From an uncultured Lentisphaerales bacterium (GTDB lineage: Bacteria > Verrucomicrobiota > Kiritimatiellia > RFP12 > CAYQJG01), in NCBI GenBank assembly GCA_964417715.1, contig CAYQJG010000003.1:48370-112369 (forward strand): a stretch of DNA of 64,000 nucleotides, read 5' to 3'. Positions 38,201 to 46,741 of this stretch are shown here, piece by piece. The notes beneath the pieces are model-generated. The model worked only from the letters and a program-made list of their open reading frames with translations. It did not search any database and was not told the origin of the DNA. Numbering within the stretch: position 1 is the first letter of the stretch; each line of letters opens with the position of its first letter. The position numbers were made by a program, and so were the translations under genes.

Positions 38201-40957
38201 TGCGCGTTCGCGGAGCGAGGCGAAATCCACCGGTTCGGCCAACGCCTTGTAGTTCACATAAGGGTCGGCTTCCAGCGAGCATGCCTTGTCCATTTCAGAG
38301 AGAAAACCCTCCGCTTCGGTCACGGCGGCGGGGTTGGAGCCCTTCTTCCTGGCCGCGTCGAGACGCGATTTGACCGTCTTCAAGTAGCGATAGTCGTTGA
38401 TCCCCATGCTGATCTTCTCCAGCCACACGGTCGTGTTCATGCCATCTTTGCTGGGGTAGACGACGCCCCAGGAGCCTTCATGATCAGACATGTCGTAGTA
38501 GGGCACGGTATTGACGTAGTAGAATCCGCCGGTGATGCCATCGAGGCCGCGCTGACGCGCCATGAACAACCACCGCCCATACAAATGGCGGAAGTTCAAG
38601 AAGTTGATGTAGGCCGGATTCGTGTAAAGCCAGACCTGGTTGCCGGCATCGTGGATGCTCTTGAGGATCGGCTCGGTCACGATGTTCATGATCGACAGTT
38701 GCAGCAGGGGGTAGAAACGGTCCCGCGGGCTGCCGGGACCGGCCGGCGCGTAGTATCCGCTGAACTTGGTGCCGGGAGCGCTCTTGACGTGCTGTTCGAT
38801 CAGTTGCCGGGTCCACTCGATCGCTTGGCCGCCGACCTCATTGATCTTGAAATACGCTCGCGGGGGCCAGTTCTTCTCTTTGGCGTGCCGCTCGACCTCC
38901 GAGTACACGGTCTTGAGCACGTCTGGAAAACTCATGCCGTAAGCTTTCTGGGCACTCTGCTCGTTCGCGGCCGTCGCGTTTGCGGAGACCTCCACGCCAA
39001 AGCCCAGATTTACGTCGAACTCCGTGAAACTGTCGCCGAGTTTGGTCAACCCATGTTTGCGGGCCAGTTCCATCCATCGGTCGGCGTCGGCGAAGTCGAT
39101 GTCGGCGCGGCCGTCCTTAATGCCATTGAGCTTCATGCCTGGGCCGCCTGTGAGGGCGTTGAAGCCGTGCTCGGCCTGGATCGCCATGAGCTTGTCGCAG
39201 ACATCCCACCACAGTTCGGCGGACTCAGGGTACGCCTTGCGCCAGAAACCGGCACGGGTGCCCATGCCGCTGATGGAGATATCATCCGCCGGATCGAGTG
39301 CGAACGCGCCGACCGTCACACTCAGCGGGATGTCGAGCGCCTTGTCGCCGAACTTGAGCTTCAGGCTGCCCGTATACTGCCCGGCCTTTGCCTTCTCGGG
39401 GACTGTGACCGCGATCCAGAGCGGCCGGGTGAAGCCCGGCGTGAGCTCCAGCGTCTGGAACTTCTGGAGCACGAGGGGCCGAAGCTGCATGCTGGCACCG
39501 AAGCCGAACCGCTTGAAATAGTGCCGAACCTTACTGATGTCGATGGCGGCAGCCGGGATCTTCGCATCGCCTGGCCCTTTGAGGTCGCCGCAAACGACGG
39601 ACAGATCCTTGACGGCGGCCAGGGGGTAAAGACCCAGTTGAATCGAGGTCCGCTCGCCCTGGGCGGCATGGATCGCCAGTGCCGCTCCGCGTTCCTGCGC
39701 GGCGGGCACGGATCGGCAGTCGAGGTTGGCATCCGCATTACGCCCGAAGGCGATGAAGCCGCGAGCCTTCTCCTCGGCCGTCGGCTCTGGGGCCGTGCCG
39801 TCGGCGACCGGGTAGCCCAGGTTCATCCTGGCTTCGAACACCTCTTTGCGGATGGAGTCCATGTCCTTCATGTAGGCAGCGCCTTCCGCGGCCTTGTCCT
39901 TGGGATAGACCACGAGGAAAGACATGCCGCTGACGCCGGCGACGTTATACTCGACCGTCAGTTTGCCGTCGTCTCCGACGGTGGCCTCAAATTCCCGCAC
40001 CGGGCTGATGCGGTGGACGCGGTCGTTCCACAGATCGGTCGCGGGGGTATCCTCGTCATCCTCAAACATGCAGTACCGATCCCTCAGAAATGCCTTGTAG
40101 TCCATCGTCTCGCTGAGGACCTCCTTGTCGCACAGCTTGAGGCTTCGCGTGGTGAACTGGCATGTCCAGGCCCACTGATTGATGGGGTCGATGCAGGTCT
40201 GTACGATGTACTGGCCCGGCTTGAGCTTCACTGCAAATTTGCCATTCGCAACCGCGTTGCCCAACAGGTCCGGATTGCATAACGACGAGATGTATGGCCA
40301 TGGACCTCTCTCCCAGCCGAATTCGGTCTTGTCCGAATAGGGCGGGGTCTTGTCCGTGACGGCTGTGCATCCGAAGAATGAGCCCGTTTGGTGGGCGCGT
40401 CCGAAATTGAACGCCTTGAGGCCTTCCACCTTGGGCAATTCCACGCCGGAGTGTTCGGCCCGGATATTGTCGACGTAGAAGACGAACGGCGGATCCCACT
40501 TCCCACTGTTCAGGCCGACGATGAACGATATCTGCTGGAGCGATGCGGAGTCCATGACGTACGACCCCTCGCCCGGCCACTGTAGTTCCAAGGCCTGCAA
40601 GCTGAGCCGAATGGTGCTCTGGCCCGGAGGCATAAAGTTATGACCCTTCGAGTAGCGGTTCTTCTTCGCGTCCAACACGGTCAAGTAGTACTGGATGGGG
40701 AAGGGCGACGGGTTGTAGATGTCGATCACCAACGTGCGGTAGTCGGCCAGATTCTTCAACATGGCCACATCATTCAGCCCCACGCCAATCCAATTGCCTG
40801 GCGTTGTGATCTTCAGAGAGTGCTTGCCGCTCGTGGCGTGCTCGGTGCTGATCACCCGGTACCCGCCCTGCGAATACAGTTTCTGCTCGGCGTCGGTCTC
40901 AAAATCGATCAATACGAGCTTGCGTGGCTCCGCCAGCAGAAGTCCCGGCAGACACAG
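35270..40957. repeat. Direct tandem duplication, 35270-38073 and 38160-40957
   Basis: Offset 2884-2890 bp. Long tracts identical by eye (36689-37601 = 39573-40485; 35597-35925 = 38487-38815). Confidence 0.95.
35281..38109 (-). CDS. Secreted GH123-like/hypothetical glycoside hydrolase with N-terminal CBM-like domain, paralog A
   Basis: Signal peptide MSYRVLVTIL; DFE...FYVDNIR CBM-like domain; PLWIAVKVP...AGQYTG Ig domain; GINDYRY C-terminal motif. Confidence 0.65.
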   Translation of the reverse strand: MSYRVLVTILCGLCLPGLLLAEPRKLVLVDFETDAEQKLYSQDGFKTISTEHVTSGQHSLKIATPGNWIGVGMNDAAMLKKLADYRTLAVDVFNPSPFPIQYYVNVLDEKKNRYAKDYNFMPPGQSTIRLSLQALELQWPGEGSYVLDSAALQQISFFVGLNSGKWDPPIVFYVDNIRAEHSGVELPKVEGLKAFNFGRAHQTGSFFGCTAVTDKTPPYSDKTEFGWERGPWPYISSLCNPDLLGNAVANGKFAVKLKPGQYIVQTCIDPINQWAWTCQFTTRSLKLCDKEVLSETMDYKAFLRDRYCMFEDDEDTPATDLWNDRVHRISPVREFEATVGDDGKLTVEYNVAGVSGMSFLVVYPKDKAAEGAAYMKDMDSIRKEVFEARMNLGYPVADGTAPEPTAEEKARGFIAFGRNADANLDCRSVPAAQERGAALAIHAAQGERTSIQLGLYPLAAVKDLSVVCGDLKGPGDAKIPAAAIDISKVRHYFKRFGFGSDMQLMPLVLQKFQTLELTPGFTRPLWIAVKVPEKSKAGQYTGSLKLKFGDKVLDMPLRVTVSAFALDPVDDISISGMGTGAGFWRQPYPESAELWWDVSDKSMAMQAEHGFNALTGGPGMKLNGIKDGRADIDFADADRWMELARKHGLTELGDSFTEFDVNMGFNVDRGVSADAMAVNEQKARSAYGMSFPDVLKTVYAEVERHAKEKNWPPRAYYKVNEVGGEAVEWTRQLIEQHVKSAPGTKFSGYYAPAGPGSPRDRFYPLLQLSIMNIVTEPILKSIHDAGNQVWLYTNPAYINFLNFRHLYGRWLFMARQRGLDGITGGFYYVNTVPYYDMSDHEGSWGVVYPSKDGVNTTVWLEQISMGINDYRYLQTVRSRLDAARKKGANPAAVTEAEVFLSEMDKACSLEDDPYVNYKALAKPADFASLRERATRLIHELSK

Positions 40958-40993
40958 ACACAACATTGCGATTGGCGTGAAGCGATTCAACAT
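38171..40993 (-). CDS. Secreted GH123-like/hypothetical glycoside hydrolase, paralog B
   Basis: Signal peptide MLNRFTPIAML; near-identical to the protein at 35281-38109. Confidence 0.65.
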   Translation of the reverse strand: MLNRFTPIAMLCLCLPGLLLAEPRKLVLIDFETDAEQKLYSQGGYRVISTEHATSGKHSLKITTPGNWIGVGLNDVAMLKNLADYRTLVIDIYNPSPFPIQYYLTVLDAKKNRYSKGHNFMPPGQSTIRLSLQALELQWPGEGSYVMDSASLQQISFIVGLNSGKWDPPFVFYVDNIRAEHSGVELPKVEGLKAFNFGRAHQTGSFFGCTAVTDKTPPYSDKTEFGWERGPWPYISSLCNPDLLGNAVANGKFAVKLKPGQYIVQTCIDPINQWAWTCQFTTRSLKLCDKEVLSETMDYKAFLRDRYCMFEDDEDTPATDLWNDRVHRISPVREFEATVGDDGKLTVEYNVAGVSGMSFLVVYPKDKAAEGAAYMKDMDSIRKEVFEARMNLGYPVADGTAPEPTAEEKARGFIAFGRNADANLDCRSVPAAQERGAALAIHAAQGERTSIQLGLYPLAAVKDLSVVCGDLKGPGDAKIPAAAIDISKVRHYFKRFGFGASMQLRPLVLQKFQTLELTPGFTRPLWIAVTVPEKAKAGQYTGSLKLKFGDKALDIPLSVTVGAFALDPADDISISGMGTRAGFWRKAYPESAELWWDVCDKLMAIQAEHGFNALTGGPGMKLNGIKDGRADIDFADADRWMELARKHGLTKLGDSFTEFDVNLGFGVEVSANATAANEQSAQKAYGMSFPDVLKTVYSEVERHAKEKNWPPRAYFKINEVGGQAIEWTRQLIEQHVKSAPGTKFSGYYAPAGPGSPRDRFYPLLQLSIMNIVTEPILKSIHDAGNQVWLYTNPAYINFLNFRHLYGRWLFMARQRGLDGITGGFYYVNTVPYYDMSDHEGSWGVVYPSKDGMNTTVWLEKISMGINDYRYLKTVKSRLDAARKKGSNPAAVTEAEGFLSEMDKACSLEADPYVNYKALAEPVDFASLRERATRLIHELSK

Positions 40994-41021
40994 GGGGAAT
41001 CCCCATAAAGCGTGGAAACTC

Positions 41022-41052
41022 GCCGATCCTATCCCAGGGGGATAGGATCGGC
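41022..41052. terminator. Perfect 14-bp hairpin (terminator or mRNA-stabilising structure)
   Basis: GCCGATCCTATCCC-AGG-GGGATAGGATCGGC. No strong U-tract. Confidence 0.5.
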
Positions 41053-41132
41053 CTTGTGATTGTTGCGCGTAAACCTGGGCTGGTTTCCCCCACGGACCGC
41101 GCATGATTGGCGTGCGCCCCGCGCGGAGCTGC

Positions 41133-41867
41133 CTACTGGATCAAGACCAGCGTGCCTTTGGAACTCGGCAGATCACGGAGCACGATGCTCAGATTCGCGG
41201 CCATGTTGTTGGCGGGGGCAACCATGGTGCCACTCCCGTCCCACCATGAGCCCCAGTTGGCACCACTGCTACCATACAGGACGATACCGAGGGCCTTGGT
41301 GGGATCGGCTGCCCACGCCTGCACGTAGCTCGTAAGATCGATGGTCGTCAAGACGCCCTTGGTGGAGACCACTGTATTGCCGGTTACCGTGAATTGGCTG
41401 GAGGCCTGCAGGGCGGTGAAGACCGCCGTGCCCGGGTAGAATAAGTCGCCGGTGTCGAAAGTCGGCTTTGTCACGCCTCCGGCGGTGATCGTGGCCGTAC
41501 CGATCCTGGCGACGGTCATGGTGTCGGCGGGAGTGGTAGCGACGTAGGAGTATGTGTAGTACTTGTACGTCGCACTCACTATTTCCCTGGTCCCGCCCTG
41601 CAGAAGGCTTGCCCAATCGACGTTCCAGTTGAGCAAACCGGCATATTCTATATACTGAAAGGGTGTGCCCCCTTTCGCTAAAATTGACTTAGGCGCCACC
41701 GCAACGCCGTTCACCACCCTAGGAAAACTGCCCCTGAAATTCCCGCCATACGCTTGCCACACTTCAGACCCCTTGTCGACCGTGTAGGAATTGGTGACTG
41801 TCGCCGCCTGTGTCTGGGCTGCAAAGGCCACAACTGTAAGAAGAACTATTCCCAATGTCTTTTGCAT
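41133..41867 (-). CDS. Secreted protein with DNRLRE-like domain
   Basis: Signal peptide MQKTLGIV...TQA; IVSAT and IDLTSYVQAWAADP...GIVL motifs; ends PSSKGTLVLIQ. Confidence 0.65.
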   Translation of the reverse strand: MQKTLGIVLLTVVAFAAQTQAATVTNSYTVDKGSEVWQAYGGNFRGSFPRVVNGVAVAPKSILAKGGTPFQYIEYAGLLNWNVDWASLLQGGTREIVSATYKYYTYSYVATTPADTMTVARIGTATITAGGVTKPTFDTGDLFYPGTAVFTALQASSQFTVTGNTVVSTKGVLTTIDLTSYVQAWAADPTKALGIVLYGSSGANWGSWWDGSGTMVAPANNMAANLSIVLRDLPSSKGTLVLIQ

Positions 41868-41970
41868 ACACACTGTCCTTTCCACTTTGAATGACGACTC
41901 AACTGCTCAGGCGCCCTTCCGCAGCGGCCGGGAACCTGAGGGCATTGGTCCCAACCAATGCCACCCAACG

Positions 41971-42126
41971 TCTGTCTCAAGCAGGTCTGTCAACGACCGT
42001 GCCTCGGCAACGAACGCCCTGGAACCAGAGCTGCACATCCAATGTTCCTTTTTGTTGTTCTTTGTTCGTATCGTACATCAACGGCGCGCGGCGTCAAGTA
42101 CAAATCCAAGCCCGGCAGGCCAAGGG
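41971..42126 (-). promoter_or_regulatory. Copy of the aminotransferase promoter plus a 5' gene stub (source 51911-52066)
   Basis: Colinear match at offset 9940. Retains TTGACG-16-TACGAT and 10-bp-phased TGTT repeats. Stub MCSSGSRAFVAEARSLTDLL. Confidence 0.9.
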
Positions 42127-42164
42127 TGCGGCGTGTGTCGGTGGGGTGCGAGAGGAACAGGGTT

Positions 42165-42440
42165 GGGTTCACCGGATAGGAACGAACCTCCAGCGCCCGC
42201 CTTGACAAAGACCGCTGCCTTGGCTGTATATTCACGCATCTGCAGGATTCCTTGCCGTTTGACATTTCCCTTTCAATAGGGAGAAGTTAGGCTTTCGAGG
42301 CTCATTCGCAAATGGACGGTATTGCGAATTTGATGTATATTCTTGCAACACCAGAAGGGCAGAACCGGCATGTCTGCCAGGGCCATGCGCATCAGCCCGT
42401 CCACACTCTCCCACAACTATGCCGCCGAAGCCGGCCACCC
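42165..42440. promoter_or_regulatory. Inverted copy of the araC/adh divergent promoter with decayed adh and araC stubs
   Basis: Reverse-complement match to ~57337-57553. The araC start is fused to the araC HTH segment ~56655-56718. The adh stub is frameshifted. Confidence 0.9.
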
Positions 42441-42486
42441 GCCGAATTGTCTTCACTCATTGCTCTTTGGCTTGGCGCGCGCTATT

Positions 42487-42710
42487 TCACATCGACCGTA
42501 GTTTCCAATCCGTATCGGAACTGCCAGCCTTGACGGCAACGGGATAGAACTTGTCGGGCCAACTCTTCTGGGGCTCGATTACCGCCCAGTCGCCCATGTA
42601 GCACATGACGTAGGAGCAATGGGTGACGCCCAGACCATCGATTTTACCGAACACGTCCGGCACCAGCATAATGCACTTCTGCGGATTGAGCGGATTGGGA
42701 CGCCCCCAGA
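42487..42710 (-). pseudogene. C-terminal fragment of an alpha/beta hydrolase paralog
   Basis: PNPLNPQKCIMLVPDVFGK...CYMGDWAVIEPQK aligns with PNPLNPQRYVLLVPEVMGK...CYLGDWLVIEPQK of 33145-35253. Confidence 0.85.
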
Positions 42711-42770
42711 CAGCAAACTCGCCAAGGCGCTGGAGATGACAAGGCGGAATCGTATGTCGAAATGCAACCC

Positions 42771-43856
42771 CTATTTTGAGCCTGATCCGGGAGCTTGCAG
42801 CTTCAGCCATCCCGCCCCCACCAGGAGCCGCCGCGCGTTGTGGCAAAACACGTCCTCGATGTCGGCCCGCGTAAGACCGACACGCTCTGCCGCGCGGTGG
42901 AAGGCCATAAGCTCCTCGTACAGAAAGAGGGTCAGGCGCTCTGCCTCGGGCCCCTCAACCTCCTCCATGTTCCGGTCGCCGGACACGTCGCCGTAAAGCC
43001 CCTTGGGAACCACATTGACATAGCGACCGTCGCGCACGATGCGCCGCATGCGCATGCGTAGGATGGGCAGGTCGGTGCCGAAGAGCATCCGCTGCGGTCC
43101 CACGCAACGCAACGCCTGCCCGAAGACCTGATCGTTGGTGTTGGCGCTGAAGTCGAAGCACAGCCGTTCGGTCGCGGCCAATACCTCGAAGGCATTGCCG
43201 ACGTCCTCGTTGCAGTAAGCGCGGCCGACATGGGCGACGATCAGCTTCAGATTCGGGAAGTCGCGCTCGATTTCCAGCAGGTGCGCCAGGTTGAGCGGAT
43301 CCCTGAGCCGCCCGTCACGCGGGATGTGCAGCATTATGATCGAGCCATGGCGGTCATGCACCTCAAGTTGATGGCGCGGGAAGAAGTCGAAGATGCAGAT
43401 ATCCCTGGCGGGGGTATGGGCCGGGGCCAGCGAAAGGTAGCTCTTGGCGCCGACAAACCCGCCGGCCAGGGTTTTCGCCTCGAGTTCCGCCGCGCTCCAG
43501 ACCGGGTCGGTGAAGATCAGCGCCGGCACGTTGGCACGCCGCGCACAGTCGGCCACATAGGCGTTCTGCCGGTCCAGGTTGCCGCCCACAGGCAGGTTCG
43601 CGAAGATCAGCGGCGTGACGCGCTTGCCGGGCAGCAGCAGGCGGTAGGTCTCCTGCAGGTCCTCGATCGGATTCTCCGCGGCGACGAGCGACGGCCAGGT
43701 GACCGTGCGCTTCTCTCCGGCCTGCGGAACCGGCGGCGGGAAATCGGCCCTGCGCCAGACGTGCGTGTGGATGTCCACCAGCTCGTCCGGCAACCAGTCC
43801 TGCAGGCGCTCCGCATAGAAGCGCCGGTCGACCTCCTTGAGAGTGATCCGTTCCAT
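42771..43856 (-). CDS. Amidohydrolase 2 family protein
   Basis: DIHTH, GAKSY, MLH, VAHVGR, LFGTDLP and HNARRL motifs. Confidence 0.88.
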   Translation of the reverse strand: MERITLKEVDRRFYAERLQDWLPDELVDIHTHVWRRADFPPPVPQAGEKRTVTWPSLVAAENPIEDLQETYRLLLPGKRVTPLIFANLPVGGNLDRQNAYVADCARRANVPALIFTDPVWSAAELEAKTLAGGFVGAKSYLSLAPAHTPARDICIFDFFPRHQLEVHDRHGSIIMLHIPRDGRLRDPLNLAHLLEIERDFPNLKLIVAHVGRAYCNEDVGNAFEVLAATERLCFDFSANTNDQVFGQALRCVGPQRMLFGTDLPILRMRMRRIVRDGRYVNVVPKGLYGDVSGDRNMEEVEGPEAERLTLFLYEELMAFHRAAERVGLTRADIEDVFCHNARRLLVGAGWLKLQAPGSGSK

Positions 43857-43927
43857 GGAATCCTGTTTCGTTCGCGTGACTAGCTTGACATCGTTCTTAC
43901 CCGACGTCCACTCCGCGTCGAGGGTCA

Positions 43928-45499
43928 TCACCTACGCGGAGTGGAGATTGTCGGCGTGGCGGTCTCCTCGCCAAACTTCCGCCGCAGGGCCGCGACCTCC
44001 TTCTTCAAGGCAGGCAGGAATCCGGGACTCAGCACCTTAGTCTCCTCGCCCACATCGAGCATCTCGCGCAAGACCTGCGCCCCGTCAGACTCCGGGTATG
44101 CGTCCACGATGGCGCGGGCGTCCTTGTAGGCCGCCACGAGTTGGCCGTAGCCATCAAGCAGGCGTTGGGCGATGGGCAGGAACGCCGCCGGCTCGCTCAA
44201 TGCCGCGCGCACCTTCCTCCAATCCGCGTAGGCGCGGTAGACGGGGGCGAAGGTTACCATGTCCTTCATGATGGCGCTGAAGTTGGCTGCCGTGTCGCCC
44301 GCGTCGGGCACGAAGCCACCGAACACGCCGGCACGGGTGTCATAGCGTTCCTGCTGCCAGTCGTCGTTGCGGTAGCGGTTGCGGTCCGCCTTCTTGCGGA
44401 AATCCGGAACCTCCATGGGCTTGCCGCCCTCCATCGAACTGCGCAGCGCCTGGATACCGGGGATGGTCACGTCGCAGCCACCGTAGATGTCGAACGGACC
44501 CTTCTCGCCGGTGAGGATCTCACGGGCAAAGTGATAGAGTGTCCAAAAGTCACCGCCGCCGTGCCCGGTCTGCGCGGCCAGTTCGCCCAACCCTTCCCAG
44601 CAGGGGTTCACGGCCAGCATCGGAGAACCGCCCGAGGCCCCGAGGCGCAGTCGAACCCCGTCGTGTCCGATCTCGTAGGCGCCGAGCGTCCCCCACATCC
44701 GTTGCTGGTGGCTGTCGTTGGTGCCGGCCCCCATCAGGTTGCGGACGACGGCACCGTTGTTCATCTGGATCAGTGAGGGGGTCATCCTGCCGTTGCTCGC
44801 GCCGTGGTTGCGCAGGTAGCCGGCAATGGTGGGCCGGGCGCAGAACGTCTCCACCGCCACTGGCCGCGTACCCGTGATGGCCATGACCGGTCCCAGCGAG
44901 TGCGTGCAATAGTAGTGGAAGTCAAACCAGCTCCGCCAGTTGTGCACCATGTGCCCCGGCTTGACGGGAATGCCATCAATGTAGGTATAGGCCAGCGAGC
45001 GGCATTCATGGACGTACTCGTATTCGGCGTAGGCCAGTTCCCCGAACAGCCCCTCCCGCCAGCGGTTGGCCAGCCACATGTTGGCGGCCGAAAACGGATA
45101 GTTCTCGGCCAGATTGTACACCAGCTTGCGCTTCTCCACCTCCTCCACCAGCTTCACCCCCTCGGCCAGGGTGAAGAACGAGGTCACCTCGGAGAGCACA
45201 TGCTTGCCCGCCTGCAGGCACTTGATGGCATGGGGGCCGTGGGCCGGGCAGAAGGTGGCCAGCAGCACCGCGTCGAAGTCCTGCTTGAGGAAATCGGACT
45301 CGTTGTCGGTCACGAAGGCACCCGGATTGTGCTGTAAGAAGCCTTCCCGCATGTGGGCGTTGTAGTCGCACCCCGCGACCACGTCAATGTTGAGGAACTT
45401 GCAGGTGCTGAAGAAATTCATCCCCCGCCCCAGTCCCCATATTCCCAGCCTGATCCGCCTATCCGTGTCAAACACCCGTGGAATTGCTGCCTTCTTCAC
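43928..45499 (-). CDS. Gfo/Idh/MocA oxidoreductase (GH109-like)
   Basis: GIWGLGRG, AGKHVLSEV, AENY, EYVH, YCTHSLGP and GHGGGD motifs. Confidence 0.88.
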   Translation of the reverse strand: MKKAAIPRVFDTDRRIRLGIWGLGRGMNFFSTCKFLNIDVVAGCDYNAHMREGFLQHNPGAFVTDNESDFLKQDFDAVLLATFCPAHGPHAIKCLQAGKHVLSEVTSFFTLAEGVKLVEEVEKRKLVYNLAENYPFSAANMWLANRWREGLFGELAYAEYEYVHECRSLAYTYIDGIPVKPGHMVHNWRSWFDFHYYCTHSLGPVMAITGTRPVAVETFCARPTIAGYLRNHGASNGRMTPSLIQMNNGAVVRNLMGAGTNDSHQQRMWGTLGAYEIGHDGVRLRLGASGGSPMLAVNPCWEGLGELAAQTGHGGGDFWTLYHFAREILTGEKGPFDIYGGCDVTIPGIQALRSSMEGGKPMEVPDFRKKADRNRYRNDDWQQERYDTRAGVFGGFVPDAGDTAANFSAIMKDMVTFAPVYRAYADWRKVRAALSEPAAFLPIAQRLLDGYGQLVAAYKDARAIVDAYPESDGAQVLREMLDVGEETKVLSPGFLPALKKEVAALRRKFGEETATPTISTPRR

Positions 45500-45539
45500 A
45501 ATCGTTCCTTTCTTTTGGATGACATCCTACGCGCTCACC

Positions 45540-46712
45540 TCATCCGCGCCCGTGTTTCCGGTAATGCGCGAAGCCTTCGATCAGGGTCTTGATGTTCTCC
45601 AATGGTACGCCAGGGGCGACGGAACTGCTGCAGCCGAGCATGAGGCCGACTCTTGGCCCCTTCTCCACCAGCCACGCCATCTCGCGCGTGACGTCGGCCG
45701 GCTTGCCGAGCGGCAAGGTGGTGGTGACCGAGACGCCGGCGATGATGAAGAGATCGCCGCCGTCGCGGGTCTTCATCTGGCAGATCTTCTCGTAGTCCAT
45801 GCCGTCCTCGTACTGGAAGCCCTGGAAGCCGCCGATGCCGCACTCCAGCAGGCGCGGCACCATGTCCATCAGGTTGCCGTCGCAATGCCAGATCAGGCGG
45901 ATGCCGGCGTCGAGCAACGGCTTGATCGAGCGGGCGAAGTGGGGGAACCAGATGGCGTCGAGGGTTTTGATGTCCACCAGCATGCCGCGCGAATCGGCCA
46001 TGTCGTGATCGAGCCTCAACAGCCGCGGCAGGCCGCCCTCGATGATGGCACGGGCGGCAATGCGGTTGGAGACGGTCGCCGCATCGGCGTTGATCCTGAA
46101 TCCCCGCTCGATCACCTCCGGATAGAGCGCGTAGGCCATGAAGTAGTTGGCGTAACCGTAATGCCAATAGAGAAGCTCCGGGAAGGCGAAGAACCCGCCG
46201 TAAGGGCCCTTAAGCATGTTCATGCCGAAGAGCTTCTGAACTTCGACCTCGCCGGCAATGCGCTTGCGCACTTCCTTATCCGCGTTGGCTTCCAGATTGC
46301 GCCGCCGCTGTTCACACTGCGGGAAGAGAAACTTTTCCATGTGCTCGACGGCAGCCTCAGGCGAATCGATCACCATGCCGTCGCGAACGATCTCCTCAGC
46401 GCCGGTCGTGGCGCCACGCTCGGCGGCCGTGTCGTAGCCCTGGTCCTTCATGCTCAGGGGGTTCGTGGGAATCCACTGGTCAATGAAGCAGCACCCGGCT
46501 TTGAGGTGGAACTCGCGGTAGACGCGGACCGGATCCTTCTCATAGCTGCCGGGCGCATTGCCGGAGATCTCATCCTGGTGCGACCACTGCATGTCGTTCA
46601 GGAACCACGCCGGGATCCCCCGCGTCGGCTTCAGCGCAATGGTATCCAGCGCCAGTTGCGCGTTTTCCTGCCAGTTGCCCTCAAATTCCTGATATCCGAT
46701 GATGTTGCTCAT
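45540..46712 (-). CDS. URO-D/MtaA-CmuA superfamily protein
   Basis: DHDMAD, WHCDGN, FQGFQYE and VAPGVPLENI motifs. Confidence 0.75.
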   Translation of the reverse strand: MSNIIGYQEFEGNWQENAQLALDTIALKPTRGIPAWFLNDMQWSHQDEISGNAPGSYEKDPVRVYREFHLKAGCCFIDQWIPTNPLSMKDQGYDTAAERGATTGAEEIVRDGMVIDSPEAAVEHMEKFLFPQCEQRRRNLEANADKEVRKRIAGEVEVQKLFGMNMLKGPYGGFFAFPELLYWHYGYANYFMAYALYPEVIERGFRINADAATVSNRIAARAIIEGGLPRLLRLDHDMADSRGMLVDIKTLDAIWFPHFARSIKPLLDAGIRLIWHCDGNLMDMVPRLLECGIGGFQGFQYEDGMDYEKICQMKTRDGGDLFIIAGVSVTTTLPLGKPADVTREMAWLVEKGPRVGLMLGCSSSVAPGVPLENIKTLIEGFAHYRKHGRG

Positions 46713-46741
46713 GTCTTCCCTTCATACTGAACACGGACTGA

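Noticed and set aside
37877-40282. Long plus-strand ORFs (801 aa here; also 13636-15747, 33295-35289, 2634-4385 and others)
   Set aside because: Antisense shadows of well-supported minus-strand genes in GC-rich DNA; no recognisable motifs
35270-40957. Diversity-generating retroelement (template/variable repeat) explanation for the paralog pair
   Set aside because: The differences checked are not adenine-specific, both copies are whole genes, and there is no reverse transcriptase in the window
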